64,000 nucleotides of DNA. Source: Candidatus Asgardarchaeum abyssi (GTDB lineage Archaea > Asgardarchaeota > Asgardarchaeia > Asgardarchaeales > Asgardarchaeaceae). Under the pieces are notes generated by a model. The model was not told the DNA's origin, searched no databases, and saw nothing but the letters and a program-made list of their open reading frames with translations. Position numbers and translations under genes: made by a program. Positions 41,944 through 51,295 of this stretch are shown here, one piece after another. Position 1 is the stretch's first letter. The number at the start of each line of letters is the position of its first letter. The stretch is from NCBI GenBank assembly GCA_040225955.1, contig JBECUL010000005.1:1-64000 (forward strand), given 5' to 3'.

Positions 41944-42849
41944 TCACTTTTTATTTCTTTTGACATTCTTACCATAATAGTGATCGATCACCCAAGAGTA
42001 TGCGAAAAAGCATATGAGGATTAATATTGCATATCCCCAGCCGAGAATAAATGGAAAGTACCAAAATGGAAGTTCAATCGCATCAGGTCTAGGTGCTGCA
42101 ATGATCAATCGAATTTCGGAGCATGCTATATATCCATTGTTAAAGACAGCACAAACACGCCAGTACCAGTCGCCAAATTGAAGACCTTCTTTGAGTGTGT
42201 ACTTAGTATCATTAATTCCTCTTACCTCTATGAGTTCTGAAGAGTTAAAATATTTTGTTGTGTCTATTTGGAGTATGTAACTTTTGGCACCATTAACACT
42301 TGTCCACCTAAAGGTTATTGAATGATTTATCTCAACAGTACAAGCATTTTCAGGAAATATTAGGCTAGGGGCTGGAAATACTACAATGATATTTCTCATT
42401 TCAGAGCATGCTCTTTGCCCATTTTCAAAGATAGCACAAATACGCCAATACCAATTACCAAATGGAAGACCTTCCTCAAGCGTATATTCAGTATCGTTTA
42501 TGCCTCTTATCTCTATAAGGTTAGACGAATTAAAGCACTTCGAGGTATCTATCTGGAGCGTGTAATTTTCAGCTTTGGTGACATCTGTCCATCTAAAAGT
42601 TATTGGACAGAATTCTTCAATAGCGCAAGCATTTTCGGGAGATATTAAAGTGGGAGCAGTAATGTTATTAGTTTGGTTAAAAATCATAGAGAGGTTACTG
42701 GAGATGAGAGACCAAGAGTATCCGATTAACATAACATTATAAGATGATGGATTTTTATCATCAGGTATTATCAATAATGTAGGTGAAAACAAAGAGGCCC
42801 AAAGAATTAAAAAGATTAAAAGAAACGAAGTCTTAATCATCCTCACCAC
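41944..42849 (-). CDS. Membrane-anchored surface protein with two tandem FnIII/Ig-like domains
   Basis: Signal peptide, APxLxxPENA...YxLQID...WYWRxCA repeated twice, C-terminal TM. Confidence 0.8.
   Translation of the reverse strand: MVRMIKTSFLLIFLILWASLFSPTLLIIPDDKNPSSYNVMLIGYSWSLISSNLSMIFNQTNNITAPTLISPENACAIEEFCPITFRWTDVTKAENYTLQIDTSKCFNSSNLIEIRGINDTEYTLEEGLPFGNWYWRICAIFENGQRACSEMRNIIVVFPAPSLIFPENACTVEINHSITFRWTSVNGAKSYILQIDTTKYFNSSELIEVRGINDTKYTLKEGLQFGDWYWRVCAVFNNGYIACSEIRLIIAAPRPDAIELPFWYFPFILGWGYAILILICFFAYSWVIDHYYGKNVKRNKK
42088..42657 (-). repeat. Intragenic direct repeat, 2 x 285 bp
   Basis: Equivalent Ala codons at 42657 and 42372, with closely similar 95-aa units. Confidence 0.85.
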
Positions 42850-43074
42850 CTAGCAATAGATAAACAATATACATGTTGGCACCTCCCACGATCAGTTCCT
42901 CTAGTTATAAGATTTACTCAAATCTTATATTATTCTATAGAATCGAACGTCAATAAATTATCTTTAATTACCTTTAATGACTATGAGTTGAATTATCTAG
43001 ATGATAGCAATAAAATGAATCGAAAAAACCAAAATTTTTGTATACATATACGAATACATATATAGGTGTTATTT

Positions 43075-43356
43075 ATGGGTAAGGAGGTATTACCAGTTCG
43101 CTTAGATAGAGAAATCATTGAAATTCTCGAAGAGATAGTTAAGGCTGGATTTTTTCCCGATAAGAGTAAAGCGGCTAGAGAACTATTGAAGTTGGGACTT
43201 GAAAAGTTTAATGAGGACATGATGGCAAGAATAAGCTCGTTAGTGGACATGGCTTACAACCTCATCGACAACTCTTATCATAGCATCTGCATCCTCTGCG
43301 GAAAAGGTAGTAGGGAGATATCTTGCTGCAATATATGCGTGCTCCGTCAACTTTAA
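43075..43356 (+). pseudogene. RHH antitoxin whose 3' end runs into the antisense of a HEPN gene
   Basis: MGKEVLPVRLD...KSKAARELL is RHH-like. The tail after ~43245 is the antisense of the HEPN ORF. Confidence 0.6.
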
Positions 43357-43618
43357 AATAAATCTATGTTTCTTTGAGAGCTCTTTAAAAAACTTATCGT
43401 TCGTAATTTCAAAAATGCTTGCAATTAATGTTCTAATAGAATGCGTTCTTAAAAGTTCGCCAGTCAGGTAAAGTATTGTTGCCTTAAGGTAAAGTTGTAG
43501 AGCCTGTTCGCTTAAAGCATGCCAAATCATAATTGCCTTTGTTAAATTGATCTTTAGCTGCCTCATGAAAATCCTTTGCCCTCTTTAGAAATAAGTTTAC
43601 AGTGTCAATACTACTCAA
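43240..43618 (-). pseudogene. HEPN-domain gene with a frameshift near 43514
   Basis: AGGTGA RBS plus TTG 43618 gives MSSIDTVNLFLKRAKDF...YDLACF. Another frame continues SEQALQLYLKA...THS...AYIAARY. Confidence 0.8.
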
Positions 43619-43858
43619 TAGAATCACCTTTTGTTAGTTTTCTTATTATTAATTATGATAATTAAAAATTGTTATCATGTCGAGTAAAAAAATGTGTTAG
43701 GGGGATAATTTTATTTTTTATAACTTTTGCTCCCTAACACTATTACTGCTTTGCGAGATTTGTAAATCAAAAATCTGAGTAATTAAACTGGCTAGTTACT
43801 ATTTCTATAGGGCTTAAGTTTATTGGCTAAGAGATTATGAATTCTCATATTCATATTT

Positions 43859-45229
43859 TTATCTCTTGAAGTCTTCTAGGTCCCATATAAGCCACTTTTC
43901 GCTTCTTAATTTCTCTTTTCCCTCGACACTTTTTGCAATTAGCCCATAATATTTATGCTCATCTGTTTGTACGTTTTGGGCCTTTCTTTCTAAGTTCTTC
44001 AACATTGTTTTTGCCTCCTTCTCCTTAAGGTTTCTCCATTTTACTTCGACGAATAAGGTGTTTCGCTTTTCTCCATTCAGGGCAACAATATCAATTTCTT
44101 CGTTTTTATGCCACCATTTTCCTATTTTTGTAAATCTGAAGGGCAGCTTATTTTCTTTATTGAGTTGTATTAGAAATTGTTTTGCAATTTCCTCAAAGAT
44201 TAAACCAAGGTAATGGTCAAGATCTTTCATAACGAGTTCAACTAATAATTCACCTTGTTCTGTTTCGATCAAATCAACATTAGGATGCACATATCGGAAC
44301 CAGAAAGCGAAATATGGATCTTTTATGTAGTAACGTCCTTTTCTACTCTTCCAACTAGCCGTTATAGGTACTTCCCGTTTTACAAAATCAAGATCTATAA
44401 GAACAGAAAGATACTTACCAACAATAGATCTATCAAGCCCTGTTTCGTTCATTATTTCACCAAGTAATGTTTTTCCTCTTGCGATAGCCTCCATTATCGC
44501 AAAGTAATTCCTTGGTTTATCAAGTTCTTCACGGATAACGAAAATTGCGTCTTGATAAAGAAACGAACCACTCACAAAGTAATTTCTGAGATTTTCTTGG
44601 ATACTTTTTTTATCATCGAATTCAAGTAAATAAGCTGGTGTTCCACCGAGTATTCCATACACTTTTACAAAATCCTCTAAGGAATATCTCGGTAAAAACT
44701 CTCTTGCACTAAAAAAATCCATTGGTTTTAACTTAATTTGTGCGGTTCTTCTTCCATAAAGTGGACTCTTGTACCCTAATAACTTTTCCATCATACTGAC
44801 TGAAGAACCACAGATTATTAGAAAGATTTTCCCTTTTGAAAACTTTAAGTCCCAGTATTCTTGGAGAATAGATGGTAGTGCGGGATCGTCTTTAACAAGA
44901 TAAGGAAACTCATCTATCACAACTATAAGTTTTTCATTAATGCTTTTCTGGTTAAGATATTCAAAAAAGGAATCCCAGTTTTGGAATGGATTCGCTTTAA
45001 GAATTTCATCATTAAAATATTCTGCTATTCTTTGAGAAAAACGCTCTAAATTTTCTTTTTTGCTTGTTTCTCTTGCAAGTAGATAAATTCCACCATATTT
45101 TCTGATAAGCTCTAAAAGTAGTGTTGTCTTACCGATTCTTCGCCTTCCATAAAGAATTACAAACTCTGCCTTATCGCTTCTAAATCTTTCTTCAAGAAAT
45201 TTGAGCTCATTTTTACGATTTATGAACAT
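43859..45229 (-). CDS. Archaeal ATPase (ATPase_2, wHTH, DUF234 PD-(D/E)xK)
   Basis: FINRKNEL, YGRRRIGKT, IDEFPY, SPLYGRRT, EIDIV...EVKW. Confidence 0.92.
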   Translation of the reverse strand: MFINRKNELKFLEERFRSDKAEFVILYGRRRIGKTTLLLELIRKYGGIYLLARETSKKENLERFSQRIAEYFNDEILKANPFQNWDSFFEYLNQKSINEKLIVVIDEFPYLVKDDPALPSILQEYWDLKFSKGKIFLIICGSSVSMMEKLLGYKSPLYGRRTAQIKLKPMDFFSAREFLPRYSLEDFVKVYGILGGTPAYLLEFDDKKSIQENLRNYFVSGSFLYQDAIFVIREELDKPRNYFAIMEAIARGKTLLGEIMNETGLDRSIVGKYLSVLIDLDFVKREVPITASWKSRKGRYYIKDPYFAFWFRYVHPNVDLIETEQGELLVELVMKDLDHYLGLIFEEIAKQFLIQLNKENKLPFRFTKIGKWWHKNEEIDIVALNGEKRNTLFVEVKWRNLKEKEAKTMLKNLERKAQNVQTDEHKYYGLIAKSVEGKEKLRSEKWLIWDLEDFKR

Positions 45230-45232
45230 TAT

Positions 45233-45261
45233 TTACTCACAAGTAATTTACTCTAAAATAA
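45233..45261. promoter_or_regulatory. Palindromic operator upstream of the ATPase
   Basis: TTACTCACAAGTAA followed by a degenerate second copy, abutting the start codon. Confidence 0.45.
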
Positions 45262-45418
45262 ATTATTTAAGATTTTCTATATCTTATTTGTATGGCACAT
45301 CATTATCAATAATTCGTACAATGAGACTTAGGAAACTTTATGTAGTTTTACTTACACAACAATCTTTATTAAAACTTAAATAAAAGCAGCGTTTATTTAT
45401 TTCACGAGGGAGAATAAC

Positions 45419-45832
45419 TTGTCTAAAGAGAAAATTTATCAAGTTGCTAAAAAGCTTGGTGTCAATGAGAAAGAAACTACAAGAATTATTCGGCTTGTTA
45501 AAATATATAGGTCACCAATCATTTCGCTTATCATAGGCTTCTTATACGGCTATCTATTTGGAGAGTACATTCACAATTACTACTACTATCTGAGGTATCC
45601 ATTTATCTACAATGAAATATTTTTGCCCGGCATGGCATTGGTTGATGCAAGACGAATAAAAATATTATCGGCAATATCAGGATTAATTGGATTTTTAGCT
45701 GGATCCCTACTTGGATTTAAGTTTCCAGTCTACCATGTTTCACTTAAGTATGGTGTTTTTTCTGAAGCTGGAAGTAAGAGAAAAGGTCTACAACCTCGCC
45801 AGATAATGGCGTCTAAGTTATTGTCCCACTGA
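45419..45832 (+). CDS. 2-TM membrane protein with C-terminal KYG motif (candidate radical-SAM substrate)
   Basis: GAGGGAG RBS, two TM helices, HVSLKYGVF. Ends 6 nt upstream of the rSAM gene. Confidence 0.7.
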   Translation: MSKEKIYQVAKKLGVNEKETTRIIRLVKIYRSPIISLIIGFLYGYLFGEYIHNYYYYLRYPFIYNEIFLPGMALVDARRIKILSAISGLIGFLAGSLLGFKFPVYHVSLKYGVFSEAGSKRKGLQPRQIMASKLLSH

Positions 45833-45838
45833 AGTGGG

Positions 45839-46861
45839 TTGCTAATGAGAAGGTACAAGTTATACACCGTAATATGGGAAATTACACTAAAATGCAACTT
45901 GAGATGCTTACATTGTGGGTCATCTGCTGGCTATGCTAGGAGTGATGAGCTCACAACAAAGGAAGCACTAAAGGTAGTTAAAGAACTTGCTGAGCTAAAA
46001 GCAAAAGATATTTGCCTAATGGGCGGGGAGCCCTTTTTAAGAGATGATTGGTTTGAAATAGCAAAAGCAATAAAAGATTATGGCATGGAGCTGAGCTTTG
46101 TTTCGAATGGTCTAATTTTAGACAAGGTAATAGATGACCTCGCAAAATTGGAACCTATAGTTGTCGGTATCAGCCTTGATGGGACAGAGAAGGTACATGA
46201 CATGATAAGGGGTGTTAAAGGGTCATTTAAGAAGGCAATCGAAGCGATAAATCTGCTTACTTTGAGGGACATTCAAACCACAGTAATAACAACAGTTAGC
46301 AAATTGAACCTTACTGAATTGCCGAAAATTAAAGAGATTTTAAAGAACAAGAATGTCAACTGGCAAATTCAGTACGCTTTGCCTATAGGCAGATTTGATA
46401 GAAAATATCTCATCTCGCCAGAAGAGTTTTATGCTGTTGGTATTTTCATAGCTCACTGCAACCTTATGAATCCATTAGCTCATTTCCCAGTTGTTGGTGC
46501 TCATGGTATGGGATATTACTCTGAAAGATTGCCGGATTATGGAGGCTGGTACGGCTGTACTGCAGGAATTAGTAGTTTAGGTATTAGGAGTAATGGCAAC
46601 ATTACTGGTTGCTTAACATTACCAGAAGAATATGATGAGGGCAATGTAAGAGAAAGAAGTATAGCCGATATTTGGAATGATGAGGACGCATTCCCATACA
46701 CAAGAAAATTCAATTTAGACCAACTCGGTGAAAACTGTAGGAATTGCAAATTTGGGAGCATCTGTAAAGGTGGGTGCAGTGCCTCATCATTATATCTTAC
46801 TGGACGTTTTCATAATAATCCTTATTGCTTTCGAAGATTGGAGCGTGCGTATAAAATTTGA
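45839..46861 (+). CDS. Radical SAM/SPASM protein, splicease (PlpX)-like
   Basis: WEITLKCNLRCLHCGSSAG, GGEP, WQIQ, GYY, WYGCTAG...GC, CxxCx5Cx3C...YC. Confidence 0.85.
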   Translation: MLMRRYKLYTVIWEITLKCNLRCLHCGSSAGYARSDELTTKEALKVVKELAELKAKDICLMGGEPFLRDDWFEIAKAIKDYGMELSFVSNGLILDKVIDDLAKLEPIVVGISLDGTEKVHDMIRGVKGSFKKAIEAINLLTLRDIQTTVITTVSKLNLTELPKIKEILKNKNVNWQIQYALPIGRFDRKYLISPEEFYAVGIFIAHCNLMNPLAHFPVVGAHGMGYYSERLPDYGGWYGCTAGISSLGIRSNGNITGCLTLPEEYDEGNVRERSIADIWNDEDAFPYTRKFNLDQLGENCRNCKFGSICKGGCSASSLYLTGRFHNNPYCFRRLERAYKI

Positions 46862-46875
46862 TATTGGAGGAACTA

Positions 46876-47496
46876 CTAATAATTTTTAGTTCTGTTTTGG
46901 GCTTTAATGGCCTTCCTTAACATAATACTAAGCCTATATTTTTCTGTTTCAATTATTTCAAATCCCACTTGTTTAAGATGTCCCTCCCTCAATATACCGT
47001 TATATGAAACCAGCCACACAATTGGATTCTTCCTAGAGGAAAACTCTGCTGATACATAAATCCCATTCGGTTTCAATACGCGTTTAATTTCCTCCAACAC
47101 AGTGAGCTTCTCATCATCAGTAAAGTGATGGAACACCATTGATGAAAAGATGACGTCAAAATAGCTATCGGGAAATGGAATTCTTTTTGCATTGTAAGTC
47201 AGAAAATTAGGAATACACTCTTTCCCTCTAAATTTTTTCCTTGCTCTCTCAATCATCTTTTCTGAGATATCGATAGCGTATATTCTATCACACGTAATTA
47301 TTTCAGACAAATATTTTTCCAGCTCTCCAGTTCCACATCCAATATCTAAAATGGTTTCTTTACCTTTAAGGTTTGCAAATTCTATCAATTTTTTTCTATA
47401 TGCCTTATCTCCTCTCAACAATAAGGTGATAATCAGATCATATATGGGTGCAACTAGCTCAAGCAAGCGTGTAATTGTGTGCATTCTCATTCCCAC
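46876..47496 (-). CDS. Class I SAM methyltransferase (UbiE-like)
   Basis: ILDIGCGTG, IDIS, FDVI, RVLKPNG. Confidence 0.88.
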   Translation of the reverse strand: MGMRMHTITRLLELVAPIYDLIITLLLRGDKAYRKKLIEFANLKGKETILDIGCGTGELEKYLSEIITCDRIYAIDISEKMIERARKKFRGKECIPNFLTYNAKRIPFPDSYFDVIFSSMVFHHFTDDEKLTVLEEIKRVLKPNGIYVSAEFSSRKNPIVWLVSYNGILREGHLKQVGFEIIETEKYRLSIMLRKAIKAQNRTKNY

Positions 47497-47640
47497 GATT
47501 TTTCAACAAACAGTAATACTTGATTTTATTAAAATAATTTTCTTTTGTGAGAAATAGGATAACGTCCAAAGAATAAATATCAGAGATATCCATCTTTATA
47601 TTATAAGGAGCTTTTGTATAGTTTTCTATTATCAATTTTA

Positions 47641-50538
47641 TTATTGATTTCTTAGGAGTTCTACGATGTTCTTAATAACAATTCTATTCAGAAGATATAG
47701 AGAAATTGCAAAAGATAAAGCAATATTAATCAGAGTCAACTCTATAGCGAATGTCAATGGTATTGAAACTAATTGATTCAAGAAATAGCTTTTTATGAAC
47801 CCTATATCAATTTCGGTCATGGTAAAAGCAATAAGCGGAATAATTATAGTATTAACTATATCACCGACAAGTGCAGATAAAATAGCGCTTGCATTGACTA
47901 AGCATATATCTAGGAATAAAGACACTCTAAAGTCATTATTGGATGCTCCTAAGACACTTAACATCCCTATTTCTTGCCTTCTATCAAGTAAGAAGAAATA
48001 AGTATTAATGAGATATCCAATGAATGCAAAAATCAATGGAACTAAAACTATAGAGGCTACGAAATTGGAATACCTTCGAGCATCATATAAATTTTCTCTT
48101 GCACGCTCAACTCTACTATTAACGCTCAGGTATGGAAACTTTTGCGATAACTTTTCTTTGACTTCTAAATCTTTTCCTTTTTGAACACCAATAAGGAAAT
48201 AGCATATCTCATCTTCACTTTTACAGTACTTGAAAAACAATTTGTAGTTCATTATAATAAATCGCTTACCACTCCCTTTGTTTTCAAGAGCCTCTATGTA
48301 ATTACTAACTATAGAAATTACAGTTACATTCGGAATCTCACACCATTGATCGTATAGTAGTGGAGTTTCTCTGACTTTTAAAGCAAAAGAGCTCCGAACC
48401 GACAGATTAAAGTCATCTGCCAATTTATTTGAAATAATGATATAATTTTTCTGACTCATTTTCTCTAAAGTTTCTTTCCAGTTATTCTCTCCAGCAATAA
48501 TTTCATTTTCATGCAGCAGAGGAGCCGTCTGATTTAAAAAGGTAATAGGATCTATTAGATATATGTGTAATACTTTGGAATCATCAACGCCAAACGCGTT
48601 GTTCTCTAAGTCTTGAACGATTACAGCATTAAGCAGAATATTTCCAAAGTATGCTAATGCAAAATCTTTATGGTAGAATGATGTAACGTGAGTTACATTT
48701 TCAATCTCAGAGATGTTCCGGGCTATCTCTGGCGTATAGATATATGATGTTGCATCTATTTGATATAGGCCATTAAATGCTCTCTCATATTCCGCTTCTG
48801 CATGAGTTACAATAAATAACGAAGTATGATACAATACTATGGAGAATGTAAAAATTAGAGACAATATAATTATCGAATACATTTTCCTTCTTTCATTCCT
48901 CAAAGCATAAACTATCGTAAACCTTAAGAAAGAGAGGTTTTTTAGACTAAACCTCATAACAACTTTCAATACAATTTTATAAATGGCGATACAAAGCAGA
49001 GGAATCCATGCAAATTGTGACACCATGAAAATAGCAGACGATACTTCATATGGCAAAGAAATCAAACCCTGCACGGTCAAAATGTAAATAAGGATCGGTA
49101 GAATTAACAAAACTAAGCCAAGAATTTTAGCATGCATTTTAATTTCAAATTTTTCGATTAGGATCTTTTGCTTTTCCCGAAGCGATAGAATAAGATCTCT
49201 CTTTGTAATGAGATACGCTACCATAAATAATACGATAAACGCAGAGAGAAGTAGAAGTAGCAAATTAAAATACCCATAAACAATATACTCTGTAGAACTT
49301 ATCACCGGTTTCTTAATACCAGCCAAGTCTGCATATGAAAGCAATATGTCCATGAAAAAATATGTTAAATAGGGTGTTATTACGGTTCCAAAAACGGCAC
49401 CACCACAACTAATTAAGAGAATTTCCATAACCATAATCATTCTTAAATTCGTAATATCCATCCCAAGAACTCTAAGAACTCCATACTCTTTTTCATATTT
49501 TTTGAAATAATATGTAACTATCGTATAAATAAAAGAAAAACTGATGACGATAGAGGCCACACTTAAAATCACTGTAAGCTGATCCGTTATCATAAAATAT
49601 GCCTTATCAATAGATTTAAGAAGTCTATATTTTGGAATTTCGCCCCATATAGGAATTTCTCCATTCCCTTTAACAACTCCTCGCTCCTCATAAAATAGAA
49701 TTACGGTTGCATTTATCTCTTTTAATAGGAAGCCCTCTGAAAATTTGAGCATATCTGAAATTAAACTATTATAATAATCTGACAGTTTAGGAGCTTTTCT
49801 ATAACTGTATTTGAAAGAAATCGCATTCACCATATTTTCGCATGAAAATACTTTCTGCAAGTAATATAAATTTACAAAGATGGGAAGGATATAGCAAATC
49901 ATTTTTATACTTTTTGAAAAAAGCGATGAAATATTATATACTGCGGCAATTTTTATCGTTATATTTACGCTTGTGGTTTTTAAAAAGAGAATTGCATTAA
50001 CTTCATCTCCGATGCTTACATTTAGTTGTTTGAATAGCATATATGGAAAAATCGCCTCTCCACCAGAAAAGTTTCTTATCGAAAAATCATTATCGCTTAA
50101 CACTATGTAATCCTTTATTGCGTTGATCATCCAATCTTTAGAAGGGTCTACACCTATTATTTGCGAGGAAAGCGATTTACTTTTATACATTATCATACTG
50201 CTCAGAACATGAATTTGTAATGCAAAGGTTATATTTGGATAATTCTCCATATTATACGAATCATAGTAAGATTCCAGCTTGACTTTAACGTACTCTTGAG
50301 CCACTTTCCCGAGAATTGACTGATTGAGCATATCTTGGCTCGCGAATAGCATGTCTGGAATTATATCAGGAGTTATTCCAGAGAAAATACTCTTTTGAAT
50401 AACTATTCTTGAAATAATCGCACTATTCAGTATTGCCACACTTAACGCAAAGACTATAATTATCTGAACTAGCCTTGATTTCTCTCTTGTTACCAATCTG
50501 AATATCAACCATGGTATGATTTCTGACATTTCCAGCAA
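47641..50538 (-). CDS. Double FtsX/MacB-type ABC permease
   Basis: Two modules, each with a large extracellular domain and EYGVLRVLG / EIGMLSVLG motifs. Confidence 0.85.
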   Translation of the reverse strand: MLEMSEIIPWLIFRLVTREKSRLVQIIIVFALSVAILNSAIISRIVIQKSIFSGITPDIIPDMLFASQDMLNQSILGKVAQEYVKVKLESYYDSYNMENYPNITFALQIHVLSSMIMYKSKSLSSQIIGVDPSKDWMINAIKDYIVLSDNDFSIRNFSGGEAIFPYMLFKQLNVSIGDEVNAILFLKTTSVNITIKIAAVYNISSLFSKSIKMICYILPIFVNLYYLQKVFSCENMVNAISFKYSYRKAPKLSDYYNSLISDMLKFSEGFLLKEINATVILFYEERGVVKGNGEIPIWGEIPKYRLLKSIDKAYFMITDQLTVILSVASIVISFSFIYTIVTYYFKKYEKEYGVLRVLGMDITNLRMIMVMEILLISCGGAVFGTVITPYLTYFFMDILLSYADLAGIKKPVISSTEYIVYGYFNLLLLLLSAFIVLFMVAYLITKRDLILSLREKQKILIEKFEIKMHAKILGLVLLILPILIYILTVQGLISLPYEVSSAIFMVSQFAWIPLLCIAIYKIVLKVVMRFSLKNLSFLRFTIVYALRNERRKMYSIIILSLIFTFSIVLYHTSLFIVTHAEAEYERAFNGLYQIDATSYIYTPEIARNISEIENVTHVTSFYHKDFALAYFGNILLNAVIVQDLENNAFGVDDSKVLHIYLIDPITFLNQTAPLLHENEIIAGENNWKETLEKMSQKNYIIISNKLADDFNLSVRSSFALKVRETPLLYDQWCEIPNVTVISIVSNYIEALENKGSGKRFIIMNYKLFFKYCKSEDEICYFLIGVQKGKDLEVKEKLSQKFPYLSVNSRVERARENLYDARRYSNFVASIVLVPLIFAFIGYLINTYFFLLDRRQEIGMLSVLGASNNDFRVSLFLDICLVNASAILSALVGDIVNTIIIPLIAFTMTEIDIGFIKSYFLNQLVSIPLTFAIELTLINIALSFAISLYLLNRIVIKNIVELLRNQ

Positions 50539-50601
50539 CGACCTAATTGTATGTGTAATATTATTAAAAAATAATATAAATAAATACTAATTTTTTGCAT
50601 A

Positions 50602-51176
50602 TTAGTACCAAGGATTATGGACTATCAACACCTAGTCACTATTAATAGGTGATGGATCCCAATCGCGATTCGCAAAACGGCCATCACGTATTGCTTTTAC
50701 ATATGTTTCATCAGGTAACTCTTTTTGAAAATGTGTGCGTATAGCTTCCAAAGTACCAATAATAACTTTCATATACCTCCGAATAGTCAGCTTTTTTATC
50801 TCCTTGATAATCAACATAATATGCTAAATATCTATGAGTAATCTAACCCCAATATGCAGCGGTCCAAGTTCCTCTTATATAAGTTCTATAGTAAACGATA
50901 TCCCAGTATATATTATAAATTTCTAACTCTATTTTATGTCCATACAGTTGTTTATATGCATAAAAGAATGTATATTTTGACCCAGTTAAGGGCTGCACCC
51001 GATCACCACTCTTCTCTGAAATGGCAGTAGTAATTTTTATAGTTATAATAGTTGAACCATTTTTTCTTTCAATATGAGCTACTTGAGGGTTATATATAGA
51101 TTTCAGCATATGCGAAATATTGCGTTAACATTATGATAGAAATTAACAATACTATAGACAGTAGGGTTACTGTCAT
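50602..51176 (-). pseudogene. Decayed gene for a secreted Tyr/Trp-rich protein
   Basis: Signal peptide MTVTLLSIVLLISIIMLTQYFAYAE, frameshift at (TA)4 51091-98, TAG at 50843, frameshift at the A5 run near 50724, TAG at 50632, final TAA at 50602. Confidence 0.7.
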
Positions 51177-51295
51177 TTCCCTCCTTATATTATTGCACCT
51201 CCTCTCCAAGTATTAAAAACACAGTAATTACAAGTAATATTAATGATTTAGGGGTATATATATCGGTTTATCATTACAAGTAACTGGGGGTAATT

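Noticed and set aside
42993-43250. 85-aa minus-strand ORF as an MNT partner
   Set aside because: Beyond the first few codons it is the antisense of the RHH gene and has no GS/DxD motif.
46876-47496. Methyltransferase as a tailoring enzyme of the radical SAM system
   Set aside because: It is convergent, on the opposite strand and a generic UbiE-like sequence. Adjacency is the only evidence.
50602-50845. Amber (pyrrolysine) read-through at two in-frame TAGs
   Set aside because: The same gene also has two frameshifts, both TAGs fit TGG-to-TAG transitions, TAG is a normal stop elsewhere in the window, and no pyl genes are seen.
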